Below are positions 1 through 11,917 of a DNA stretch of 64,000 nucleotides, piece after piece (the first letter of the stretch is position 1; each line of letters starts with the position of its first letter). The notes under the pieces were generated by a model, which made no database searches, was not told where the DNA came from, and was given only the letters and a program-made list of their open reading frames with translations. The position numbers and the translations under genes are program-made. Where the stretch lies: positions 7,750,001 through 7,814,000 of the forward strand of contig NC_043020.1 in NCBI RefSeq assembly GCF_006345805.1. The letters are read 5' to 3'. Source of the DNA: Octopus sinensis. Its lineage: Eukaryota.

Positions 1-152
1 TAGCAGTTCGGCAAAAGAGACCAATAGAATAAGTACTAGGCTGAAAATACAATAAGTCCTGTGGTCAATTTGTTCAACGAAACAAACCCTTCGAGGCAGT
101 GCTCCAGCATGGCTACAGTCAAACAACTGAAACAAGTAAAAGAATAAAAGAA
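1..152 (+). mobile_element. 3' end of SINE family A, truncated by window edge
   Basis: Matches the tail of full copies (ggcaaaagagacc..ccagcatggc..gaaacaagtaaaaga) at 24213-24630 and 32803-33216. Confidence 0.85.
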
Positions 153-186
153 TATATATATACATACATACATACACATATATATA

Positions 187-322
187 AAGTATAAGGTGTA
201 TTATGAGCATTTATAGAACACAGTCTTATTTAAACTCAACAAATAATTAAAGATGGAGAAGAGAAGATGTTAAAAGTTTTTAGGACTGTGTTCTATAAAT
301 GATCATAATACACCTTATACTT
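187..322. repeat. 39-bp inverted repeat (38/39 match) with 58-bp spacer; MITE-like foldback
   Basis: Arm 187-225 aagtataaggtgtattatgagcatttatagaacacagtc vs reverse complement of 284-322. Confidence 0.85.
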
Positions 323-454
323 GTAAAATTTTCATATTTTAAATAAATACTTGCAATAGTAAGCTACAAATTTGATATGAAGAATCTTTATTAGAAATCT
401 AACTTTGGACCTTCCAAAGTAAAAAGGATAAAATTAAGCTCAACCTTTCTCATA

Positions 455-863
455 TCTATATCTATATCTTTATATATAAAAGAGAGGTTGTGTGTCTGTC
501 TCCTACGATTTAGATTCCTAACTACTCCCACATTTTGCGGTGCAGTTTAACCAAAAGCGGGTATCTTATAGTCGTGATTCATATTGAGCCCTTATGGGTA
601 TTAGCGCACGTCTATGATGAGTCTACGATTTAAAAAAAAATTTACCATCATTTTTGTCCATTTTAATGCATTTTTTCGCTATTATATAAGGGAAGTAACT
701 CTCTAAAAATGTCTACGATGAGTCAACGATTTAAAAAAATAATTACCATCATTTTTTTTCCATTTTTAATGCATTTTTTGCTATTTTTTGGCTATAACTC
801 TCTAAAAATGCTTATATAGTTATTTCCCTTACAAACCCGAGCAACGCTGAGCAATACTGCTAG
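455..863 (+). mobile_element. Non-autonomous Helitron
   Basis: TC-type start after A, subterminal cccgagcaacgc(t/c)g hairpin, ends CTAG followed by T; second copy at 43069-43585; short internal duplication (gggaagtaac/gctataactctctaaaaatg). Confidence 0.75.
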
Positions 864-1189
864 TCTATATATATATATATATATAGGTCCTCAATAACCT
901 ACAACTTCTCTTCATTAGCTAATCACTTTATAGTGTGACCTATAGGTCATCAAGTCATCAATTGCAGCTGTGCAGACTTAAGTGGTATGAAGTGAAATGC
1001 CTTGCTCAATCCAGGAAATGAACCCACAACCTTATGATCACATAGCAAACACCTAAACACCAACATACATGTCTTGACAACTAATTAACACAATTGGAAA
1101 ATTGGACATGTAGTCGAGATTGGATTCTTGTTGATGTGAAATGAAAATGAAAATATTGGATGTATTGGAGTAACTGGACTATAAACTGA

Positions 1190-1366
1190 CCTTGCCTGTG
1201 CTTGTGTCACATAAAAAGCACTAAGTCCACTCTACTGGGTGGCTGGTGTTAGCTAGGGCATCCAGTTGCAAAAATCCTGGTGCAGGCTTCTACCCATCTG
1301 GCTCCTGCCAAACTGTCCCACCCATGCCAGCATGGAAGGCAGATATTAAACAGTGATGATGATGTT
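1190..1366 (+). mobile_element. RTE-type 3' tail repeat (family R)
   Basis: gtcacataaaaagca..tgttag..ggcatccag..cccatgccagcatggaa..(gat)n motif recurring more than 15 times in the window. Confidence 0.75.
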
Positions 1367-1635
1367 GATATATTATTGAATATGCTTTTCTTGATCTAGT
1401 ATATTTTGGCCAAAACTTTCCTAACATTTGCTAAAATCTCTTTTGCTGGCTTATCATCAGTTAGTTTCTCTGTGTAACACTATGTATTTACATATATTTC
1501 CATATAACATTTATCTATTTACATATATGTTGTATAACCAAGATTTTTCCTTTAACCTTTGTATGTGTAGTCAATTCCATTTACATTCCCCCCACCACCA
1601 CACTCTTACATTTCATCCCCTAACACCCAAAAAGC

Positions 1636-2200
1636 ACAGGTGATGGTGCCACATATAAAAGCCCTGGTGATGGTACCATGTAAAAAGTACAGGTGATGGT
1701 GCCACGTAAAAAGCACTGATGATGGTGCCACGTAAAAATCATTGGTGATTGTGCCACATATAAAAGCCCTGGTTATGGTGCCATGTAAAAAGCACTGATG
1801 ATGGTGCCACGTAAAAAGCATTGGTGATTGTGCCACATATAAAAGCCCTTGTGATGGTGCCATGTAAAAAGCACTGATGATGGTGCCATGTAAAAAGCAC
1901 TGATGATGGTGCCACGTAAAAAGCATTGGTGATTGTGCCACATAAAAAGCCCTTGTGATGGTGCCATGTAAAAAGCATTGGTGATTGTGCCACATATAAA
2001 AGCCCTGGTTATGGTGCCATGTAAAAAGCACTGATGATGGTGCCACGTAAAAAGCATTGGTGATTGTGCCACATATAAAAGCCCTTGTGATGGTGCCATG
2101 TAAAAAGCACTGATGATGGTGCCACGTAAAAAGCATTGGTGATTGTGCCACATATAAAAGCCCTGGTTATGGTACCATGTAAAGAGCACTGGTGATGGGA
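1636..2200 (+). repeat. 26-27 bp minisatellite with higher-order structure, derived from the family R module ggtgccacgtaaaaagcac
   Basis: About 21 monomers in three recurring variants; runs directly into an R tail at 2200-2340. Confidence 0.9.
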
Positions 2201-2830
2201 TCATGTAAAATGCATCCAGTACACTCTGTAAAGTGGTTGGCGTAAGGAAGGTCACCTAGCTGTAGAAACCAAGTCAAAACAGATTATGGGACCTGGTGCA
2301 GCTCATGGCCTCCCCCCCCCCGTCAAATTGTCCAACCAATGATTTAGTGATATGTAAAGCCAAGTGAGATCATAGTCATGGCCAATGCCAGTATCACATA
2401 ACTGTCCCATTTAAAAGCACCCTCCAGTTGTTGGGTGATATGCCATGCTTGTGAAGACTTGTTGTTATGAGTGAAATTGATAATGTGGCTGATGCCAGTG
2501 CTAGTGTCGTGAAAAGGCACCATTCAAGCGTGGCCAATGCTAGTGCCACCTGACTGGCACCTATGCTTGTGGCACATAAAAAGTACCATTCAAGTGAGGC
2601 TGATGCCAGTGCCGCCTGAGTGGCACCTGTGCTGGTGGCAGGTAAAAAGCACCAACCACACTCTTGGAGTGGTTGGCATTAGGAATCCAGCTGTAGAAAC
2701 TTCGCCAAATTAGACTGGGACCTGGTGCAGCCTCCTGGCTTACCAGTTCTCAGTCAAACCATCCAACCCATGCCAGCATGGAAAGTGGCAATTAAACGAC
2801 AATGATGAGGATGATGATGAGGTGGTGGTG
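2200..2830 (+). mobile_element. Family R elements (two RTE-type tails plus internal modules)
   Basis: gtggttggc(g/a)t(a/t)aggaa..ctgtagaaac..ccaacccatgccagcatggaaa..(gat)n. Confidence 0.75.
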
Positions 2831-3020
2831 GTAGTAGGGCTACCAAAGCTGAAGTGCCTCAGGAACCCAATGTTCTTAAGACAAAGCCGTTCTGTCTTTT
2901 TATCCAAATTAGGATGTATGTGGTGGTGATGTGGATGATGAATTTGGTGGGTGAGTGAATGGTTGGCTGGAATAGGAAGCTGGAGGGAGATAGAAATATG
3001 AAGAGTTTGCATATATTTAA

Positions 3021-3238
3021 CCCTTTAGTATTTAAACCGGCCATATCCGGCCAAAATATTTAATCTGTTTTATGTTCAAACTGACCAGATCCAGGCTCTC
3101 ACACCTACCTACAATGTTATTCTACATTAAGTAATTACACCATCAAGATCTTGAAGATATGAGATAATGCATGATTAATTAAAATCAACGTGAATCAATA
3201 AGCATTGTGTTTGATAGAATAATCTGAACACTAAAGGG
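3021..3238. mobile_element. piggyBac-type MITE
   Basis: TTAA TSDs (3017-3020, 3239-3242); TIR ccctttagt / actaaaggg. Confidence 0.85.
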
Positions 3239-3256
3239 TTAAATATCAAGGGTAGT

Positions 3257-3297
<41 letters not shown>

Positions 3298-3822
3298 GAG
3301 AAAGAACAGATGTGTGTGATGATATTAAAAGACTAATGGAACAATAGGACTAAAGAATAAATAAATAGACTCATAATTGAAATGGATAGAAACCTTGAAA
3401 ATATTGACATGAGAAATGAATGCATGTAAATTTTGAAAAAAATCTATAAAAAAATAAGACTCATTTTAATCCAAAGATTTCTGTGCATATGGAAGTATTC
3501 AGAATGTTAAATGCCATCTGATACCAAGTGAGATTGATTGGGTCATAGTATTGGGTTGGAGATTAACCCACTTTTAATGCTTCTTTTGTATAAAGACAAG
3601 TCACCTGGGATAAGGTTGGGATGGGGGCGCGGCGGTGTAAGTGAATAAAGTATTGGATTAAGAGTTCAAAGGTCATGAATTCATATCTGCTTATATATGT
3701 TTAATTGTATTTACAAAACTTGAGATTTTACTTGGTCTGTATTAAAAGATTTATCTCTTCATATCCACTGGAGCATTTTACTATGTCTATGTGGCTTCCA
3801 TTCACTTACCTGTTTGAGAAGT

Positions 3823-4210
3823 GGAGGCGCAATGGCCCAGTGGTTAGGGCAGCGGACTCGCAGTCATAGGATCGCGGTTTCGATTCCCAGACCGGGCGTT
3901 GTGAGTGTTTATTGAGCGAAAACACCTAAAGATCCACGAGGCTCTGGCAGGGGATGGTGGTGATCCCTGCTGTACTCTTTCACCACAACTTTCTCTCACT
4001 CTTACTTCCTGTTTCTGTTGTACCTGTATTTCAAAGGGCCGGCCTTGTCACTCTCTGTGTCACGCTGAATATCCCCGAGAACTACGTTAAGGGTACACGT
4101 GTCTGTGGAGTGCTCAGCCACTTACACGTTAATTTCACGAGCAGGCTGTTCCGTTGATTCGGATCAACCGGAACCCTTGTCGTCGTAACCGACGGAGTGC
4201 TTCCATCCAT
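3823..4210 (+). mobile_element. tRNA-derived SINE family C, full length
   Basis: A box tggcccagtgg, B-box-like ggtttcgattcc; 11-bp TSD ctgtttgagaa (3810-3820, 4211-4221); near-identical copy at 55131. Confidence 0.9.
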
Positions 4211-4292
4211 CTGTTTGAGAATAGGTACCAAACCACCTGGATGGGCGATTACCTAAAATACAGCAACATGCTGTCCAATAAAATATTTATTT

Positions 4293-4677
4293 GCAGGTGT
4301 GGCTGTGTGGTAAGAAGTTTGCTTCTAAACCACATAGGTCCAGGTTCAGTGCCACTTGGGAAAGTATCTTCAACTATAAAACCCTAGGCCAACCACAGCC
4401 TTGTGAGTGGATTTGGTTGAAGGAATCTTTTATATGTGTGTGTGTGTTTTACTGTCTCCTTGCCTTGACAGTGTGTGATAGTTCTAAACAAGTGTCACTC
4501 TTACGCATGTGGCTTCCAACCTTTTGTGAAAATATGTCTGGCCATGAGGAAATATTTTGTTACTTGGAAACAGGTGAGGGTTGGCAACAAAAAGAAGGCA
4601 CCTGGCTGTAGAAAATTCATCTGAACAAATTCCCTCCTGTGAGCATAGAAAAAGGGGTATTAAAGTGACAATGATCC
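4293..4677 (+). mobile_element. SINE A2: family A head joined to RTE-type tail, degraded
   Basis: Head ggctgtgtggtaag..ccttgtgagtggatttgg; tail ggaaacaggtgagggttgg..aagggcatc-like..(gat)n; related copies 9590-9830, 32430-32800, 37320-37470. Confidence 0.7.
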
Positions 4678-5005
4678 ACTGTGAGGTTTTTTTTTTGTTG
4701 TATGTATAGACTTACTAATTTTGCTTGATCTTTGGGGCTTCCATTCAGTTTCCTATTTACGAATAGGTACCATGCCACCAAGTTGAGTGGTTACCTAAAG
4801 TATAGCAACATGCAACCCATGTAAAGATTTCTCTCTCATGTTCTTTGACCTCATTGAACTGGAGCTAAACAACTTTCGAATGTTCTTTTAAATTGGCCTT
4901 TAAAAGTCCTTAAAACAACCTTTAGAAGTTTCTTTTGGTGCTTAGAAGGTATTTGCAATTTTACACCTTTTTTTCTTTTCATTTTTTTTTGTCTGTAAAT
5001 ATTTT

Positions 5006-5154
5006 CATTATTTACATTATTTACATTTGATGGATATTTGTCCTCATCTTGTTTGTTGGTAACACAACGTTTTGGCTAATATACCCTCTAGCCTTCATCA
5101 GGTGTCTCGGAGAAATTTCAAACCTGGGTTCGCATTCCTAAGGTATTGTTCGAC

Positions 5155-5189
<35 letters not shown>

Positions 5190-5256
5190 GATTATTCAGG
5201 TTGAACGTGGAATCTTAGGGTTAGTAGCCCACACTCTTAACCACTATGCCATATGC
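5006..5256 (-). mobile_element. tRNA-like-headed short element carrying a degenerate type I hammerhead motif
   Basis: Minus strand: A box tggcatagtgg, arm ggg-ctactaa-ccc, partial B box gttcaacc, (aat)n, then acac-CTGATGA-A-ggcta..tagcc-AAAAC-GTT-gtgt. Confidence 0.65.
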
Positions 5257-5257
5257 C

Positions 5258-5390
5258 ATGAAGGCTGGAGGGTATATCAGCCAAAATGTTGTGTTAACAA
5301 CAAACAAGATGAGGACAAATATCCATCAAATGTAAATAATGTAAATAATGTACATAATTCCTCATCTCTTAAATATAGAACTATGTGAAT
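5258..5390 (+). repeat. Inverted partial copy of the 3' part of the 5006-5256 element
   Basis: 5258-5350 is the reverse complement of 5006-5098 (about 90 bp, few mismatches). Confidence 0.85.
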
Positions 5391-6504
5391 ATTTTGTTAT
5401 TATTTAACCCCTGATTTGTCCTGATTAATCAGACCCATAATCCAAAGTGTTTCATCCATGAAGATTCTGTCTTTTGTTTTGTTTTGTTTTCCCCCAGTAT
5501 TAGCCAGTGTTCTTATTTTTCTAATAGAGCTGGCTTTAATTTAAGGGTGACTTGACTATTATTTTAAATAAATCGAGCGACCATGTAGAGGCTTCCTAAT
5601 TAGCTCATTGCTGTTGTTGTTGTGCTTGCTGCAAGTTCTTGAGCACTCCACTCTTCCCACCCAGATCAGCCCATTCTGGAACAGAGCCTGAATAGTAAAG
5701 CATCTTAATCAAACACCTAAAAATATCTTACAAACCCAACACGAGATAACATCCAATTGGAGTGGATTGGTACTAAAAACTAGATTCAGTTGTGTTGTCA
5801 AATGGAGGAGTGTAGGATTAGACAAATGAGACAAAACTATTAAGCTACTGTAATTAAGAAAAGGCAAATTAATTAAAACACTAAGCCAGCTTTAGAGAGA
5901 ATTAACAGAGAAGCACCTGTACTATTTAGTAGTTGTTTTTTAGCCCTGGCCCACCATGGTTGTGTAGATCTATGATTAAAAGGTGTTCTGTCTATCACCC
6001 TCATGTTTTTATTTATTATGGACTACATTGTCCAGTGTGTCCTTTTTAAGAGATTACTATGTAGTTTGAAGATAATATGGCTACTATTTCTTACAAGTTG
6101 AGTGACCCTGTAGAGAGCACCTTTGTTATTGCAGGCCTGTGATCAAAAGCTGTCCACTTATGACTTCCCAGTTTTTGGTGATTGTTTTCCATCATATATC
6201 TGTCTAAAAGTATGCTATGCAATGTAACCTTAGATATGGTTTTTAAATACGATTGACTATAATTTAACTGTGATTTCTAGCGAGCTGAGTACTCTCTTTG
6301 TCTTGTGTGCTTAGAAGTAGATGAACAGTTACAACATGGAGAAATGGTGGTAAATTAGAAAAGGACACTAAAGATGAGTCAAGAGTAATACTACTTTCTA
6401 ATGTATTTACACAGAAGGGTGTAACATCTGATCCAGCTTGTTTGGATTTGCCCAACTCAATCACACCATCCCTCATAATGAGAATAATAATATCTCATTT
6501 ACTA

Positions 6505-6720
6505 AAGGTGGCAAGCTGGCAGAAATGTTAGCATGGCAGACGAAATGCTTAGCAGTATTTCGTCTGTCTTTATGTTCTGAGTTCAAATTCTGCTGAGGTC
6601 AACTTTGCCTTTCATCTTCTTGGGGTCAATAAATTAAGTACCAGTTGCATACTTGGGTTGATCTAACCGACTGGCCCCTCTCCCTCAAAATTTTGGGCCT
6701 TGTGCCTAGAGTAGAAAAAA
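6505..6720 (+). mobile_element. tRNA-derived SINE family B
   Basis: aaggtggcaagctggcagaa..gagttcaaattc..gcctttcatc..aagtaccag; 14-bp TSD at(a/g)tctcatttact. Confidence 0.85.
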
Positions 6721-6859
6721 ATGTCTCATTTACTGAATCTCTGACTAGAGAACTTGAGAACATCCTTGCATGCGGGCATGGTAACCTACTGTGTTTAATC
6801 ATTGCATGATACCAGAAATTTAATACAAAACATTGAGTGGGGGACATAGAAAGGTTAAG

Positions 6860-7395
6860 GGTAAGCATTGATATTACCAGTAGTGAAGGACCTACAGAGG
6901 TGATGAGTGAACATTGATATCAGTGATACTGGAGAGGTGATGGGTCAGCATTAATATCACCTATGGTGAAGGACTTATAGTGGTAATGAGTGACTATTAA
7001 TATCACTGACAGTAGAGGACTTACAAAGGCGATAGGTGAACATCAATATTCTTTTCTACTCTAGGCACAAGGTCTGAAATTTTTAGGGATGGGGCCAGTC
7101 AATTAGATTGACCCCTGTACACAACTGGCACTTAATGTATCGACTCCGAAAGGATGAAAGGCAAAGTTGACCTCGGTGGAATTTGATCTCAGAAAATAAA
7201 GACAGACAAAATACCGCTAAGCATTTCGCCCGGTATGCTAACGTTTCTGCCAGCTCACTGCCTTGGGTGAACGTCAATATTACCAATACAGAGGTGATGG
7301 GTGAACAGTAATATCACCGACGATGAAGGACTTAGAGACTTAGAAAAGTGGTGGGTGAACATTAATATCACCAATACTGGAGGACTTACAGAGGT
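6860..7395. repeat. Degenerate about 45-bp minisatellite interrupted by a SINE B
   Basis: Recurring ggtgatgggtgaacattaatatcacc..gaaggacttacaga units on both sides of the SINE. Confidence 0.7.
7051..7265 (-). mobile_element. SINE family B
   Basis: Reverse complement of family B; 16-bp TSD ggtgaac(a/g)tcaatatt. Confidence 0.9.
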
Positions 7396-7789
7396 CATAG
7401 AAGCTGAGCCTACTTTTCTGACTAACACACGAAGCACATGTACGTGCATACATGCATTCATGCACACAAAGAGAAGAAATCAATTTGGAAATATTAAAAA
7501 GGAAATATATGTAATAATTCAGTCTGCCTGTCTCTGTCTCTTTCTTTCGCTCCCTCTCTCACTTTCACACTTTCACTTTCACTTTCACTTTCGCACTTTC
7601 ACCATCTTAGATACACAAAGGAAATATTTCAGAAACATGCGGCAGTCGAGAGTATAAGGTATTCATACTCATTACACTCGCATATGTACACAAACACGCA
7701 TGTATACACACACTTGCATGAACATAAAAGTGACAACGTACACACCCTAACAATCAACTGCTCACGCCATATGCTCGTGCAAACACATT

Positions 7790-7830
<41 letters not shown>

Positions 7831-8099
7831 GCACATATCCACACTTACAGAAGCAAAATATATATCAGTGTTCAATAACTTTCTATTGAATGTCTTTCTA
7901 AACAGGTGAATTATCGATTTCAACAATGCCCACTTCTTAACTAACAAACGTTCTACCCTTCCCCCCCAACCTTCTCACTGCCCCTCCCCAACCAACCTTC
8001 TCACTGCCCCTCCCCCCCTTTCTCTCCGTTCACCTCTGAATTTATCTTATATCTAGCTGTCAAAAACCATACAGTGAGAGAAACAAAATACAACCCAAT

Positions 8100-8425
8100 C
8101 GATTCACACATACACACACACATACACATATAAACACACACAAACACACACACACACACTCATACAAACACATACACACACACACATGCATACACATACA
8201 AACACACACACACACTCATACAAACACATACACACACACACGCATACACATACAAACACACACACACACACTCATACAAACACATACACACACGCATACA
8301 CATACAAACACACACACACACACTCATACAAACACATACACACACGCATACACATACAAACACACACACACACTCATAGAAACACATACACTCACACACA
8401 TACAAACACACACACACACACACAC
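8100..8425. repeat. Compound (CA)n satellite with about 40-bp superunit
   Basis: Repeating catacaaacacacacacacactcatacaaacacatacacacacg. Confidence 0.9.
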
Positions 8426-8560
8426 GATGATGTACACTTGCATATGCATACTTTCATATATACACACAGACAACGTTCTACCAGTTTGTCTTTCTCTCTC
8501 TTTGTCTATTTATGCATTTATATATGTAGCTATCTCTGTACTTTTGTGTGTGTGTACATA

Positions 8561-8598
<38 letters not shown>

Positions 8599-8919
8599 AC
8601 TTGCTTTTCTATGGATACTCAATTCTTTGATTGAATTGCAGAGGTTCCTGTCATGACCTACTGCATGTATTGGTCACTTTTAGATCTTAGACCTGGCAGA
8701 GTCCATTCCTCCCCAGATCTTACCACAGACAATTTCTTCCAGAAAGAGAAACAGAGAAAAACAGTTGAAGAAAGAGAAGAATTGGCACCAGTACACAGCT
8801 GGTACTTTATTCACTGACTCCAAGACAATAAATGGCAGAGTTGATGTCAACGAGATTTGAACTCGGCACTCAGAGAGCCATAATGATTACTGCAGAGCAA
8901 TTTATCCAGTGTTCTAATG

Positions 8920-9117
8920 CAGTGGTTTTCAACTGGGGCCCACATGACCCTGGAGGGGGCCATAAGATTTTGTTGTTAAAGTTTATGTGCAATAATTGCT
9001 TACACTTCTACAATGCACAAAATATTTTAACAATTTTATATACATTTCCTAATAATATTTAATAATAAAAATATAATAGGATTTTTTAAAACATAGGGGT
9101 CCTGTAGAGTAAAATAT
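8920..9117 (+). mobile_element. hAT-type MITE, one end
   Basis: Begins cagtggttttcaac; reverse-complement homology to 17600-17726. Confidence 0.65.
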
Positions 9118-10750
9118 CATAGTCATTTAACGTCTGCTTTTCATGCTGGCATGGGTTGGACGGTTTGACTGGGGGATTGGCAAGCTTGGAGGCTGCACCA
9201 GGCTCCAATCCGAAAAGTAGGAAAAGTATAGTGCTGACTCTTTGCATAGAGCCCATGCCATACTCTTCTTAGCTGCCCTTCTGGTGAATGCCAAGATTTG
9301 TTTTCTTAAATTTTTGTCTTTGAGATTGACTGGTCAAATTGATTGAAATGGTTCTGTAACACTGTATTGTATAAATATTTAATTTACCCACTCCTACAAG
9401 TTATTTAGTGTCTCATAAAAAGCACCTAGTGCACTTTGTGAAGTGGTTGCTGTTAGAAAGAGTATCCATCTGTAGAAACCATGCCAAAGCAGATTTTTGG
9501 AGCTTGACATGGTCATCTGGCTCAATAGATTTTGTCAAACCATTGAATCCATGCCCACATGGAAAACAGATGTGAAATAATGATGATGATGATATGCATC
9601 ATCATCATCATCACTGTTATGATAACCTCTTTTCCATGCTTGCATATATCAGATGGAATTTGTTGAAGCGGACTTTCTATGGCTGTATGCTCTTCTCGTT
9701 GTCATCACCTCCCTTACTTGACTGCACATGTTATCACAGAAGGTAGGAGATGAATGACACTGCTTGTATGACAGTGACGCTCGTTTTACAACTGTCATGT
9801 GATGTCAAGACAACATGGTACAAACACACATGTGTATGTGCATGCACACATGTTTCTAAATTGATGTATGAGTGCCATAGACATGTATCCCCTTAATGTA
9901 GTTCTCAGGCAGTATCTGTGTGACACAGTGTGTGACAAGGCTGTTACCTTTTTAAATCTGCCTGACAGGTTTCTGTACAGTTTCCATCTGCCCAATTTCA
10001 CTGACAGTGTATGGGTGGACCTGATCTTAAAGAAAAGGACATCTTGGGCAAATGTCATCATTTTCACCACCCTCAGATCCACTTATTTGTTGAGAGTGAA
10101 AATGAAAACTTGCTTATATAGTTAACAGTATGAAGCTTCACAGTAACAGGGGCGAGTAAATGGATATTCACGATGTTCATGCCTCTCTTGGCAGCATTTA
10201 TCATGTATGGGGAAAGTAGTGTTTTCATCATCCTTATTGGCTTCATCTAATGTCCAGCTTCTCTGCTGGCATAGGTTGGATGACTCCACAGTATCTAATG
10301 AGTTGGAAGATGTGTTATATTCCAGTAAAAACCATGCTTTGGCATGGTTTTTATGGCAAGGTGCCCTTCCTAACACACCAACCACTTTGCAGAGCATACT
10401 TAATGCTCCTTTTGTAGCACCAGTACTAGTGATGCTTACTTGGTAATTTGCTGGGCTAAAGGCCTGAAGTGACACTTCTCTTGTAATTCAATTAAAAAAC
10501 AAGCATAAACTCTCCATTTTATTGCGCATAAACAATGACACATGATGATAAATTCATCCAAATGTCACGATTGTAATCATGTTTAGCTGTCGAATTACAA
10601 AAAAGATCGCTGATAATGTAACGGAGATAGAATATAATTATCTGCATTTCTAATCAACATGGATTCAAAATTATAATTAATAAAAGTGTCATGAAGAATA
10701 CTAGAAGAATTCCAACTCTGGCCATGTACTATAATTTTTATGTATTGTAA

Positions 10751-10751
<1 letters not shown>

Positions 10752-10785
<34 letters not shown>

Positions 10786-10789
10786 TTTT

Positions 10790-10820
<31 letters not shown>

Positions 10821-10866
10821 TTATTTTTATTATTATTATTATTATTTTTTTATTATTATTATTTTT

Positions 10867-10942
<76 letters not shown>

Positions 10943-10945
10943 TTA

Positions 10946-10980
<35 letters not shown>

Positions 10981-11029
10981 TTTATTATTTTTATTATTAT
11001 TATTATTATTTTTATTTTTATTATTTTTA

Positions 11030-11081
<52 letters not shown>

Positions 11082-11100
11082 TTTTTATTATTATTATTAA
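10752..11100. repeat. (ATT)n microsatellite with T-run variants, about 350 bp
   Basis: Direct inspection. Confidence 0.95.
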
Positions 11101-11876
11101 TGACAGCAATAATAATGACAGCATTGATAATAGTGACAGTGTTGTTAATAATTATTTGTATTATTATTTTTACTTTGGTGTTAGTTTGACCTATAAGCCT
11201 AGATTTCTGCCATTTGATTATCCGCAAAGACAGAAGTTTGATGGCAAACTGATAAAAACCTATAAACTTCACTTATGAACTCCCCAGATAATGATATGTG
11301 TGTGTTTGTGTATGTGTATGTGTTTGCGCATCTCTGTGTGTGTGTAATTGTATTTGTACATGTGTGTGTGTGTTTGTGTGTATTTGTGCATGCATGTGTG
11401 TTTGTATTTGTGCATGTTTGAGTCTGTGTATGCATGTATATGTGCGTATGTGTGTGTATCTGTTTGTGCATATTGCTATGTGTTGGCTTGATCGGACGCA
11501 TCTTTGAAACGTGTGTGTTTGTGTGTATGTTTAATGTGCATGTGTGTGCTTTCAAGATATTTGTCTGTGTATATATGCATGCCACATGTTTTTGTACTTG
11601 CTTATGTACTCGCATATACATAATGCACACTAATCAAGAAAAGAATGAACTCACACACATACAGATACACATACACTCTTGCAGTCACATACATTCACAC
11701 ATACATGCAGACACTCCTTGTGTAGATACACACACACGCAAACATGTATGTGAACATGTAAACACATGCACACATTTCTATATCTTGCATTGAATCCTCT
11801 ACTTCCTTATATACAATTATATTCATGTGGTTTAATATATGCATTAATGCTATGAAAATGTGTGTATGTATATAAA

Positions 11877-11914
<38 letters not shown>

Positions 11915-11917
<3 letters not shown>

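Noticed and set aside
1606-2255. Repetitive ORFs or a CRISPR-like array
   Set aside because: Contiguous monomers without unique spacers, derived from a retroelement module; no cas genes; eukaryotic context
3823-3900. Functional tRNA genes (also 36407, 55131, 5200-5256)
   Set aside because: No complete cloverleaf acceptor stem; all continue into SINE bodies, most with TSDs
3793-4820. Strong minus-strand donor near 3805 and an 85-bp duplication (3793/4736)
   Set aside because: The donor lies in a locally duplicated, SINE-interrupted segment with no plausible exon upstream
7846-7900. 49-nt minus-strand exon candidate (KTFNRKLLNTDIYFAS)
   Set aside because: Weak acceptor, no partner exons or homology recognised; such hits are expected by chance
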